A DNA stretch of 32,000 bases from Rhodobacter capsulatus SB 1003 (lineage in GTDB: Bacteria > Pseudomonadota > Alphaproteobacteria > Rhodobacterales > Rhodobacteraceae): NCBI RefSeq assembly GCF_000021865.1, contig NC_014034.1, positions 2,130,001 to 2,162,000 of the forward strand, given 5' to 3'. Each line of letters begins with the position of its first letter. Within the stretch, counting starts at the first letter, position 1. Of the stretch, positions 1 through 7,566 are shown in pieces. Below the pieces are notes generated by a model that made no database searches, was not told where the DNA came from, and saw only the letters and a list, made by a program, of their open reading frames with translations. The position numbers and the translations under genes were made by a program.

Positions 1-392
1 GCGCTGTCGCCGTCCATCGAGCCGAAGTTGCCCTGACCATCGAGCAGCGGCAGCGACATCGAGAAGTCCTGCGCCATCCGCACCAGCGCGTCATAGATCG
101 CCGCGTCGCCATGCGGGTGGTATTTCCCCATCACGTCGCCCACCGGACGCGCCGATTTGCGATAGGGCTTGTCATGCGTGTTGCCGGTTTCATGCATCGC
201 ATAAAGGATGCGCCGGTGCGCGGGCTTGAGCCCGTCGCGCAGGTCGGGAATGGCGCGGGACACGATCACGCTCATCGCGTAATCGAGGTAAGCGGTCTTC
301 ATTTCCTCGGCGATGGAAACCACCGGGCCCGCATGGTGGGCACGTTTCGGGGTGTCGCCGGAGGGGTCCGTGGGGTCGATGATATCGGTCAC
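1..392 (-). CDS. gyrA: DNA gyrase subunit A, N-terminal part (gene continues past the left window edge)
   Basis: Minus-strand frame is open from the edge to GTG 392 (alternative in-frame ATG 443). Translation [13 protein letters not shown]...[43 protein letters not shown]...[42 protein letters not shown] matches the conserved GyrA N-terminus. Absent from the ORF track because it is edge-truncated. Confidence 0.9.
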   Translation of the reverse strand, partial: MTDIIDPTDPSGDTPKRAHHAGPVVSIAEEMKTAYLDYAMSVIVSRAIPDLRDGLKPAHRRILYAMHETGNTHDKPYRKSARPVGDVMGKYHPHGDAAIYDALVRMAQDFSMSLPLLDGQGNFGSMDGDS

Positions 393-504
393 GCGGGGCT
401 TCTTCTGCCAGATTTTGTTGTGCCGCCTTATATCGCAACCCATGGCTTGGGTGCAACGGCGAATGGTCTGTCCGGGGGGAAAGGGCGGAATTTGCGTCTT
501 TGGA

Positions 505-532
505 CCAGGAAGAAACGGCGGCTTCTTCCTGG
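505..532 (-). terminator. Hairpin between dsbB-like gene and gyrA (possible terminator)
   Basis: Perfect 10-bp stem CCAGGAAGAA / TTCTTCCTGG with an 8-nt loop, just downstream of the 553..1038 gene on the minus strand. No clear U-tract. Confidence 0.3.
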
Positions 533-552
533 CTCAAACAGGCCCCGGGCGC

Positions 553-1038
553 TCAGCGCCGGGCGCGGCGGTCGCTCAGGAAGGCCGCGATCCAGAGCCC
601 CGCGAAGATCAGCGAGAGGGCCGCGTTCAGGTTCGGCATGGTGATGCCCAGGACCTGCCAGGCGATCTCGTCGCAGCGCACCAGCGGCGCGGCCGAGATC
701 TGCGCCATCAGGTCCTGCGCCGAGAGGCTTGAAATCGGGTTCGAGGTGCAGCTGTCGGGACCGGCAAAGATGTGGCGCTCGACGCCGGAATGATAAAGAC
801 CGAAGCCCGCCGTGGTCAGGCAGGCCAAGGCGCCGAAACCGGCAAAGGCCATCGGCAGCCGCAAGAGCACCATCAGGCCCCCCAGAACGGCCGCGACCAG
901 ATGCGGCCAGCGCTGCAGCACGCACAGATCGCAGGGCGGAAATCCCAGCGCCTGAAAGATCAGCGCCGCGATCAGCACCGCGGCCGAACCGGCGGCGGCC
1001 AGCGCGACAAGCAGGCGCGGGGTCAGGAACGGGGGCAT
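553..1038 (-). CDS. dsbB: Disulfide bond formation protein, DsbB family
   Basis: 161-aa multi-TM protein with PCDLCVLQRWPH (CxxC followed by QR) in the first loop, typical of the DsbB family. Confidence 0.75.
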   Translation of the reverse strand: MPPFLTPRLLVALAAAGSAAVLIAALIFQALGFPPCDLCVLQRWPHLVAAVLGGLMVLLRLPMAFAGFGALACLTTAGFGLYHSGVERHIFAGPDSCTSNPISSLSAQDLMAQISAAPLVRCDEIAWQVLGITMPNLNAALSLIFAGLWIAAFLSDRRARR

Positions 1039-1040
1039 GT

Positions 1041-1625
1041 TCAGGCTCCTTTCAGGACAAACCAGGCGGCGGCCAGCACCAGCAGCAGCCCGCCCGCAAC
1101 CCAGACGAGGCGCCGCTCGACAAAGCTGGCGATCCGGGCGCCGAATCGTGCCAGCAGCCAGCCAAGGCCGTAAAACCGCGCCGAGCGCGCGACGATGGCC
1201 GAGGCGATGAACAGCACCGGATCGAAGCTGAGCACCCCCGCCAGGATCGTCACCACCTTCATCGGCGGCATATGCGCCAGCCCCGAGGTGACCAGCATCA
1301 CCAGGATCGCCCAGGTTCCCGCCCCCTCGCGCAGGGCGTCAAAGGTCGCCATCTTGCCCGTCGCCTCCAGAAAGGGCCGGGCCAGCAGGTCGAAGGCGTA
1401 ATGGCCGATGCACCAGCCGAAGATCCCGCCCAGAACCGAGGTGACCGAGGCGATCAGCGCATAGCGCCAGATCTTTTCGGGCCGCGCCAGCGCCATCGGC
1501 ACGAAAAGCACATCGGCCGGGATCGGAAAGAACGAGCTTTCGGTGAAGGAGATGAGGCCAAGCGCCCAATCCGCGCGGCGATGTCCGGCCAGGCCAAGGG
1601 TCCAGCGGTAAAGTCGTTCGAACAT
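1041..1625 (-). CDS. YqaA/DedA-family (SNARE-associated) membrane protein
   Basis: 194-aa polytopic membrane protein. FTESSFFPIPADVLFVPMAL motif is typical of YqaA/DedA. Tightly packed against the dsbB-like gene. Confidence 0.7.
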   Translation of the reverse strand: MFERLYRWTLGLAGHRRADWALGLISFTESSFFPIPADVLFVPMALARPEKIWRYALIASVTSVLGGIFGWCIGHYAFDLLARPFLEATGKMATFDALREGAGTWAILVMLVTSGLAHMPPMKVVTILAGVLSFDPVLFIASAIVARSARFYGLGWLLARFGARIASFVERRLVWVAGGLLLVLAAAWFVLKGA

Positions 1626-1764
1626 GGGCCCCCGCGGCTGGTTCCGGCGTCTTGGCCGTGCATCGCAAGGCAGGGGGGCGGCGTCAAGCCGGGGCGCGAC
1701 GTTTTCCCGCTGTCCGGGGCGGCTTTGCGGGGCTAATTTCGCAACCGTGATCGGGAGGGGCGCG

Positions 1765-2673
1765 ATGAGGTGGCAAGGCCGTCACGGCAGCGACAATATC
1801 GAAGACCGTCGCGGCAGCGACAATATCGAAGACCGTCGCGGTGGTGGCGGGCGGCGGATCTCGCTTGGTGGCGCGGGCGGGCTTGGCCTTCTGGCGCTGG
1901 GGCTGGCGGGCTGGATCTTCGGCATCGACCTGACGCCGCTTCTGAACAGCGAGGGGCTGCACGGGAACGGGATGCCGCGCGAGAGCGCACCGCAGGTGCA
2001 GGAGGGCGGCGCGCTGAGCGCGCGCGACCGGGCGATGGGCGATTTCGTCTCGGTGACGCTGGCCGATACCGAGGAGATCTGGGCCGGGCTTTTCCGCAAT
2101 GATCTGGGCCGGGTCTATCACCCGGCGGTTCTGGTGCTGTTTTCGCAGGTGACGCGCTCGCCCTGCGGCACCGCCTCGGGGGCGACCGGCCCGTTTTACT
2201 GCCCGGCCGACGGCAAGGTCTATCTGGACACGGCCTTTTTCGACACGCTCTCGCAAGAGCTTGGCGCCGCGGGGGATTTTGCCGCCGCCTATGTGGTGGC
2301 GCATGAGATCGGGCATCGGGTGCAGGACGAGCTTGGCCTGCTCGACAAGGTCGAGGCCGCGCGCGCGACAGCCGATCCGGCCACGGCGAATGCGCTTTCG
2401 GTGCGGCTCGAGCTGCAGGCGGATTGCCTGGCCGGGATCTGGGCGCATCACGCGGCGGCGGATTTCGGCACGCTCGAGCGCGGCGACGTGGCCGAGGCGA
2501 TGAGCGCGGCGGCACGGATCGGCGATGACACGCTCGCGCGAAATGCGGGCCGCCGTCCGATGCCCGACAGCTTCACCCATGGCACCTCGGACCAGCGCCA
2601 GTTCTGGTTCGCCCAGGGGTTCACGACCGGCCAGATCGCCTCTTGCGACAGCTTCGCCCGCCGCACGCCCTGA
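1765..2673 (+). CDS. ypfJ: YpfJ-family neutral zinc metallopeptidase
   Basis: Start at ATG 1765 behind GGGAGGGG. N-terminus MRWQGRHGSDNIEDRRG, one TM segment, and the zinc motif VVAHEIGHRVQ (HExxH). Confidence 0.8.
   Translation: MRWQGRHGSDNIEDRRGSDNIEDRRGGGGRRISLGGAGGLGLLALGLAGWIFGIDLTPLLNSEGLHGNGMPRESAPQVQEGGALSARDRAMGDFVSVTLADTEEIWAGLFRNDLGRVYHPAVLVLFSQVTRSPCGTASGATGPFYCPADGKVYLDTAFFDTLSQELGAAGDFAAAYVVAHEIGHRVQDELGLLDKVEAARATADPATANALSVRLELQADCLAGIWAHHAAADFGTLERGDVAEAMSAAARIGDDTLARNAGRRPMPDSFTHGTSDQRQFWFAQGFTTGQIASCDSFARRTP
1786..1839 (+). repeat. Perfect 27-bp in-frame tandem duplication inside ypfJ
   Basis: GGCAGCGACAATATCGAAGACCGTCGC occurs twice back to back (1786-1812, 1813-1839), giving GSDNIEDRR GSDNIEDRR. 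Confidence 0.95.
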
Positions 2674-2820
2674 ACCCGCCGCGCCGTTTGCTCTTGTCAG
2701 ATCCGCGCGCGAGGGTAAACGCGAAAAACCGGCCGGGACGGGACGGATCCGCCCGACCGGCAAGCAAAAACCGCCCGCGGCCGGCCTCGACCCGGCTCTA
2801 CCTTGCAGGCGGCGCAATGT

Positions 2821-2904
2821 GCGGGTGTGGCGGAATGGTAGACGCGACAGACTCAAACTCTGTTTCCGCAAGGAGTGTCGGTTCGAGTCCGACCACCCGC
2901 ACCA
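2821..2904 (+). tRNA. tRNA-Leu (anticodon CAA)
   Basis: Acceptor stem GCGGGTG/CACCCGC, anticodon loop CT-CAA-AC, long variable arm (class II tRNA), T-arm GGTTCGAGTCC, discriminator A and encoded CCA. Confidence 0.9.
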
Positions 2905-2981
2905 CAAAACCAAGCCATCATATTGATTTCGACTAGGTTTTTGATTTCGCGAATTTCCCGGCCCCACATGCGGCCCCACAG

Positions 2982-3188
2982 TCAGGCGACGGTGGAGCCC
3001 CCCCCTCCCCGCAGCCATCTGTCCATTTCGTCGGCATGCACGCGGCTCCCGCGCTGCCGGTGGATGGTGATTTCACCACGCGCCGCGGCGCGATAGACGG
3101 TCGCGCGGGACACACCGAACCAGAGCGCGACATCGGACACGCGCACCCAGATCGGACGAACGGGAATCTTCGGGTCATGCTTGGTCAT
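2982..3188 (-). CDS. Excisionase/AlpA-type helix-turn-helix DNA-binding protein
   Basis: 68 aa. VSDVALWFGVSRATVYRAAARGEI...DEMDRWL fits the excisionase/HTH_17 pattern. It is the last gene of the leftward operon, 77 bp from the tRNA. Confidence 0.7.
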   Translation of the reverse strand: MTKHDPKIPVRPIWVRVSDVALWFGVSRATVYRAAARGEITIHRQRGSRVHADEMDRWLRGGGGSTVA

Positions 3189-3275
3189 TTCGACACCTCG
3201 TCAAAGCAGCGTTTGGGCTGCGGTCGTGTTTGAAACAAAACGGCGAATCGCCGGGCAACCTGCGCCTCGATCGGC

Positions 3276-3936
3276 TCAGCCATTGCGGGCCTCCTGCTGC
3301 TGATCGACGAAGCCGCCCCATTGATCGGCGCAGGCCTCGGCGAGGCCCTGGAAGGTGCGGCTGCGGATCTTCCAGCGATCCGGCCCGGGGCTGGCGCGAT
3401 GGATCGCGGACCATTCCGCGTGGCGCTCCGGCTCTTCGGCTTTGCGCGGCGGCACCAGCCGGTTTGTCGGCACAAGCGCGGGCAACCCGCGCAGATACCA
3501 GCCGGTCGCCTTGAAGGCCGGATCGCCGAACCACCACGGCTGGACGATCTGCGGGCGCGGCAGATCCGCGGGCAGGCGCGCGCGGGCGTGTTTGTGCATC
3601 ACCGGATTCTCGATCGCCACCCGCGCGATCGGCGCCCGCCAGCAGGCCGAGAACAGCGCCGCGCCTTCGTCCAGCTCCGCCCACATCTCGGCCAGGCTGC
3701 GCCCCGGCGGCGGAACATGCAGCCAGCGCACGCCGCTGTTGCACAGCCGCGTGCAGGGCGGATGGCAGACGGCCAGAAAATCCCAGCCCTCGTCCAGATA
3801 GTCGCGCAGATCGCCGCGGATGTGCCGGTTGCTGCCGTCCTCGGCGGGCAGAAGATCCACCGACCACATGTCATGTCCGCGCGGCAAAGGCCCGGCGCAT
3901 CACGCCCGATGTCTCGCAGCCGATCAGCCCGCGCAT
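3276..3936 (-). pseudogene. Small phage cytosine-C5 methyltransferase-like gene split by a frameshift
   Basis: The piece from ATG 3936 to the stop at 3871-3873 gives MRGLIGCETSGVMRRAFAART*. The next frame continues RGHDMWSVDLLPAEDG...AVCHPPCTRLCNSG...VAIENP (PPC and ENx motifs). A 1-nt indel near 3873-3880 joins them. ATG 3936 overlaps the upstream stop (TGATG). Confidence 0.55.
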
Positions 3937-4133
3937 CACCGCAGCCCCTGCAGGATCAGCCCTGCCCCGGCCGACAGAAGCCCGGCCGAGCTGTGAAGCA
4001 GGATGCCAAGCCGGGCGCTGCGGCCGGGCTCTTCGGCGCGCTCCGCCTCGCGCGCGGTGGCGAGGGCCAGATGGAAGCCCGCGGCCGCGGCGCAAAGCGT
4101 GGCGATGCCAAGGGCAAGGAACAACGGATTCAT
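3936..4133 (-). CDS. Small membrane protein (hypothetical)
   Basis: Internal ATG 4133 gives 65 aa, MNPLFLALGIATLCAAAAGF..., with two hydrophobic segments. Start overlaps the upstream stop (ATGA). Confidence 0.4.
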   Translation of the reverse strand: MNPLFLALGIATLCAAAAGFHLALATAREAERAEEPGRSARLGILLHSSAGLLSAGAGLILQGLR

Positions 4134-4339
4134 CGGCGCGCTCCGGTCTTCGGATCGGGCTGCGGGCGGGCCAGCGGCGTGATTTTCAGCGCAAGGCCGC
4201 TCAGCAGGCGGGACATGATCTGCCCCTGCAGCCAGCCGCGACCGGCGGGGCTGTGATAGTCGATCTCGCACCGGCCGGTGTCGCGGATCACTTCGTCAAG
4301 CTCTGGGTCGATGACTTCGACACGGACAGGAAAGGTCAT
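4130..4339 (-). CDS. Hypothetical phage protein
   Basis: 69-aa ORF in the operon orientation, translationally coupled to the next gene. No recognisable motif. Confidence 0.4.
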   Translation of the reverse strand: MTFPVRVEVIDPELDEVIRDTGRCEIDYHSPAGRGWLQGQIMSRLLSGLALKITPLARPQPDPKTGARR

Positions 4340-4424
4340 GGGGGGCTCGCGTGTTGGGGGCTGCGGCGCGTGGAGGGGGGATGACGCGCCGCAGCCATGC
4401 CCGTGCGGGTGGGCGCACGGGATC

Positions 4425-4718
4425 TCAGATCATGCCGAGGGCGGTTTTGTAGAGATCGAGGATCGCCTCTTCCTCGGCGACATCATTCTTGTCGCGCTTG
4501 CGCAGGGCGATGATCTTCCGGATCACCTTGGTGTCATAGCCGCGCCCCCTGGCCTCGGCCATGATGTCCTTCTGCTGCGCGGTGATGTCCTTCTTTTCGG
4601 CGTCAAGCTGCTCGTATTGTTCGATAAACTGGCGCAGCTCGTCGGCGGCGACGGCATAGGCGCGATCGCGCACCGCGCGATCGGCGGCAGTCTCTTTCAT
4701 CGGGGTCTGGTCCAGCAT
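4425..4718 (-). CDS. DUF2312 / GapR-like nucleoid-associated DNA-binding protein
   Basis: 97 aa. LRQFIEQYEQLDAEKKDITAQQKDIMAEARGRGYDTKVIRKIIALRKRD is the hallmark of the UPF0335/DUF2312 (GapR) family common in alphaproteobacteria and their phages. Confidence 0.8.
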   Translation of the reverse strand: MLDQTPMKETAADRAVRDRAYAVAADELRQFIEQYEQLDAEKKDITAQQKDIMAEARGRGYDTKVIRKIIALRKRDKNDVAEEEAILDLYKTALGMI

Positions 4719-4787
4719 CCTGTGTCCTGGAAAAAGGGCCCGGGCGCGGCGTCGCTTGAGCGCCCGGGCCAGGTGCCCGGCCGGGAG

Positions 4788-5006
4788 TCAACGGCACTCG
4801 GGATAGAGAGGCGCCGTCGCAAAGGCCGGGTGGCAGATGTGCGGTTCGAGCGCGAGGGTGAGGTTCAGCGCGGTGCGCAGGCCAAGATGGCCGAAGAGCA
4901 GCGTGGCCGCGAGGATCGCCGCATAGGCGGAAAGCGAAAGCGAGGGGTGATGCGACACGGCAAGCCCGTCGCGCAGTCGCAAAAATCTGGGTTCGTCGCG
5001 CCGCAT
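4788..5006 (-). CDS. Hypothetical small protein, first gene of the leftward early operon
   Basis: ATG 5006 is preceded by a strong AGGAGG site (ACAGGAGGCAGTGATG). 72 aa with one hydrophobic segment. Operator-like palindromes lie just upstream. Confidence 0.45.
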   Translation of the reverse strand: MRRDEPRFLRLRDGLAVSHHPSLSLSAYAAILAATLLFGHLGLRTALNLTLALEPHICHPAFATAPLYPECR

Positions 5007-5040
5007 CACTGCCTCCTGTGTGGTGGTTGGTGCGGCAATG

Positions 5041-5090
5041 TTGCGATAAGCGCAACTTATGGTCAAGCCATTAAATTGCGTTTATCGCAA
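5041..5090. promoter_or_regulatory. Two operator-like palindromes TTGCG-N5-CGCAA (OL-like)
   Basis: TTGCGATAAGCGCAA (5041-5055) and TTGCGTTTATCGCAA (5076-5090), in the AT-richer intergenic region upstream of the 5006 start. The same motif recurs at 6397-6411. Confidence 0.5.
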
Positions 5091-5216
5091 CTTTGCTTCC
5101 GCGTCGATTCGTGGAAGCTTCGACACGCGGGCTTTGAGGGCCAAAGTTCAAAGGCCCGCTTTCCAGCGGGGCCAAGGGGCGACGACGGTGAAGGCAAAGC
5201 AACTGTCGCTACTGAT

Positions 5217-5831
5217 CTAGATATAATTCCGCCAATGTTGCTCGGACACGATGCAGATGGACGCGCCTTGGGCACGCCACTCGACCGCCCGCTCAATCTT
5301 GCGTCCGAAAGAGGACTGCTTCCATGCCGCGGAGGCGTAGTCACCAATCACGAGGTAATCGGTGTTCTTGACCATGCTGCCGCAGACAGCACCGTATCGC
5401 TGAACAGCAGCTTCACATTGCTGACGGCGCCCGAAGCTGAACGTTCCCGTGAAACAGAAGCGGCGTCCATCGAAGTCGATGTTCGGCGCAGGCTCCGTGA
5501 ATGGCAGCGTGGTTGAGCGCAGAACCTCGCCAAGCTCGAAATCGTTCCCGGTCAAGGCCACGAGGGTATCCGTGAGTTCTGCGCGTTCGTCTTCATCGAC
5601 GTAGCCATCAGCGAAGATGTCGCGCATCCGTTCCAGCAAGAGCCAGATCATCGGATTGGAGTGCGTCGACGCGCTGGCGGCAAGCCAACGGTGCAGGAAC
5701 TCGATCTCATTATCCGTAAGCTCGTTATCCGCAACCAAACCGCGAGCCAAGCCAATCAGTTCGGCCACCTGTCTGTCCGCGATCTGCTGTCCGAGAAATT
5801 TCCCTTGGCGGGCCTCGTCGTCTATGCTCAT
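5217..5831 (-). CDS. TerB-like N-terminal domain / C-terminal BRCT-domain protein (cargo gene in the immunity region)
   Basis: 204 aa. N-half has TerB-like acidic helices (ADNELTDNEIEFLHRWL, DGYVDEDERAEL). C-half FDGRRFCFTGTFSFGRRQQCEAAVQRYGAVCGSMVKNTDYLVIGDYASAAWKQSSFGRKIERAVEW resembles the BRCT pattern of NAD-ligase-type BRCT domains. GC is visibly lower than in the flanks. Confidence 0.6.
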   Translation of the reverse strand: MSIDDEARQGKFLGQQIADRQVAELIGLARGLVADNELTDNEIEFLHRWLAASASTHSNPMIWLLLERMRDIFADGYVDEDERAELTDTLVALTGNDFELGEVLRSTTLPFTEPAPNIDFDGRRFCFTGTFSFGRRQQCEAAVQRYGAVCGSMVKNTDYLVIGDYASAAWKQSSFGRKIERAVEWRAQGASICIVSEQHWRNYI

Positions 5832-5979
5832 AACGCGTTGATTCCTTTATAACTAATGCCGCCCCTTATCTCTTTTTGCGGTTTGGTGGGCACCTGACCG
5901 CAAGATCTGGCGGCTTGAACGCGGACAATGTTCCCGTAAAGTTCCGCCCCTTGGAGATAGGGGGTCAGGGTGGACGCAG

Positions 5980-6326
5980 TCACTTTTCAGAAGCATGCCG
6001 AGGCGCTTTCTGCGGATCAACAGGACCTTCTTCTGGACTATCTGCTTTCGCTTTTAGGTAGAGAAGAAACTCTTCCGCCTGCTCTTGCAGCTTTGGTGGA
6101 AGATGCTCGAAGATCGCGGCAAAGGTGTCCGTCCTCGTCCGCCCCCCTTGCGCCCTGAAGAACTCCAGAACCTTCGGGATTCTCCTCGGGTTGTACCCGA
6201 CGACTGCCCGAGAGTGTCTTGGTGACCTTCTCCAGAGAAATGCCGAGAGCTTGAGCGAGTTCGGTTTTCTCGCCCCTCCGGCCTGTCAGGCGGTTGCTTG
6301 ATCCAGTTTCCGTCAATCACTTCCAT
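5980..6326 (-). pseudogene. CI/XRE-type prophage repressor interrupted by two +1 frameshifts
   Basis: Three consecutive minus-strand frames read MEVIDGNWIKQ | RLTGRRGEKTELAQALGISLEKVTKTLSGSRRVQPEE | IPKVLEFFRAQGGRTRTDTFAAIFEHLPPKLQEQAEEFLLYLKAKADSPEEGPVDPQKAPRHASEK*. Removing one nt near 6289-6296 and one near 6176-6187 gives a coherent 114-aa HTH protein (347 nt = 345 + 2). Divergent from the Cro-like gene. Confidence 0.55.
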
Positions 6327-6345
6327 GGCAGCAGCATCGCAAAAG

Positions 6346-6413
6346 CTGCGAAAATCGAAAACTGCCGAAAATCGCAAGTCTTCACTTGACCGAACATTGC
6401 GATTATCGCAATG
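6346..6413. promoter_or_regulatory. Divergent switch region with a perfect 19-bp palindrome and two degenerate copies (OR-like)
   Basis: CATTGCGATTATCGCAATG (6395-6413, core TTGCG-N5-CGCAA) plus weaker CTGCGAAAATCGAAA (6346-6360) and CTGCCGAAAATCGCAA (6362-6377). Lies between repressor start 6326 and Cro-like start 6421. Confidence 0.55.
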
Positions 6414-6420
6414 TCTCGGC

Positions 6421-6780
6421 ATGTTGAACCCTGCCAAACGAGTGATCCAGATTTGCGGCGGATACGATGCCGTCGCCGAGATGACCTGCCGCAGCGCCGC
6501 GCGGGTGCGGCGTTGGGAGTACCCCCGCGCGCGCGGCGGCACCGATGGGCTGATCCCTGCGGACTGCCAGAAGGCGCTCCTCGCCACGGCGCGGGCGCGC
6601 GGAATCGACCTGCGGCCGGAGCATTTCTTCGACTGGCCCGATGCCCCCTCGGATGCCGAGGGCGCGAGCCTTGCGTCGGGTCTTCGCACCTTGCCTGCCG
6701 TTCAAATGGCACCTGCCCTTTCGCAAAATTCCTTGACCGATACGCGTCATCCTGACGGTGCGGAAGGACGTCTCCCATGA
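6421..6780 (+). CDS. Cro/YdaS-like HTH regulator
   Basis: ATG 6421. MLNPAKRVIQICGGYDAVAEMTCRSAARVRRWEYP...GLIPADCQKALLATARARGIDLRPEHFF. First gene of the rightward operon, divergent from the repressor remnant. Confidence 0.55.
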   Translation: MLNPAKRVIQICGGYDAVAEMTCRSAARVRRWEYPRARGGTDGLIPADCQKALLATARARGIDLRPEHFFDWPDAPSDAEGASLASGLRTLPAVQMAPALSQNSLTDTRHPDGAEGRLP

Positions 6781-7223
6781 GAAACGGCACTTTGATTTCG
6801 CAAGAAGATGCGGCGCGGCGGATCGAGGATGCGCTGCGGCTTCGGGTCGGGCGGGGGCGGCGGTTTTCGTTTCCGGCGCTGTCGGATGCGACGGGCATCC
6901 CGACGCGGACGCTGGAGAGCTATGTGCAGGGGGCGACGCCGCAGCTGAACGCGCTGTTGTCGATCTGCTCGGTGCTGGGGCCGAGCTTTACCAGCGACAT
7001 TCTGGCGGCCTGCGGGCAGATGGCGCATGAGGCGAGCCCGGGCGAGCCCGAGCATCTGCGGGTGGCGGCCTCGCTGGGCGAGCTGGTGATGCAGATTTCC
7101 GAAGCGGTGGCAGATGGTTACGTCGATCACCGCGAGGCGGCGCAGATGCGTCCGCTGGCGGCGCGGCTGATCGAGCTCTTGGAGCCGCTGGCTTATGACC
7201 CGGCGGCGCGGGGGCGGCCATGA
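6777..7223 (+). CDS. Phage early protein with HTH-like segment
   Basis: 148 aa with an ATGA overlap with the upstream gene. FSFPALSDATGIPTRTLESYVQG looks like a helix-turn-helix. Confidence 0.5.
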   Translation: MRNGTLISQEDAARRIEDALRLRVGRGRRFSFPALSDATGIPTRTLESYVQGATPQLNALLSICSVLGPSFTSDILAACGQMAHEASPGEPEHLRVAASLGELVMQISEAVADGYVDHREAAQMRPLAARLIELLEPLAYDPAARGRP

Positions 7224-7549
7224 GCGGCGCGGCGCGGATGGCGCTGCGGATCGAGACCGGGCGGATGGCGCGGTTTCTGGGGCTGATGCGCGACCGGCTG
7301 GCGCTTTTGGGCGATGGCGAGATCGACGCGGTGGAGCGGTTTTGCGACGCCGCGGGGCTGGTGCGGCTGGTGCAGGGACCGCCCGAGGGCGGCGCGCTGG
7401 TGCTGCTGGCGGTGCCGAGCCTGCGCATGCTGCATTTTCTGGACCGGATCGGCTGCGCGCCCTGGGCGGCGCTGGCGGTGGCCTTTGCCGGGGTCGATGT
7501 GCCGCCCGAGGCGGGCGAGGTCGATGACCTGCTCGCGCGGGCGTTCTGA
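7220..7549 (+). CDS. Hypothetical phage early protein
   Basis: 109 aa, ATGA overlap with the upstream gene, coding-like composition, no motif recognised. Confidence 0.45.
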   Translation: MSGAARMALRIETGRMARFLGLMRDRLALLGDGEIDAVERFCDAAGLVRLVQGPPEGGALVLLAVPSLRMLHFLDRIGCAPWAALAVAFAGVDVPPEAGEVDDLLARAF

Positions 7550-7566
7550 GGACGGGAGGCGGCACG

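Noticed and set aside
729-1736. 335-aa plus-strand ORF across the dsbB/yqaA region
   Set aside because: It lies antisense to two membrane-protein genes with clear family motifs, and its translation is an Arg/Pro-rich shadow.
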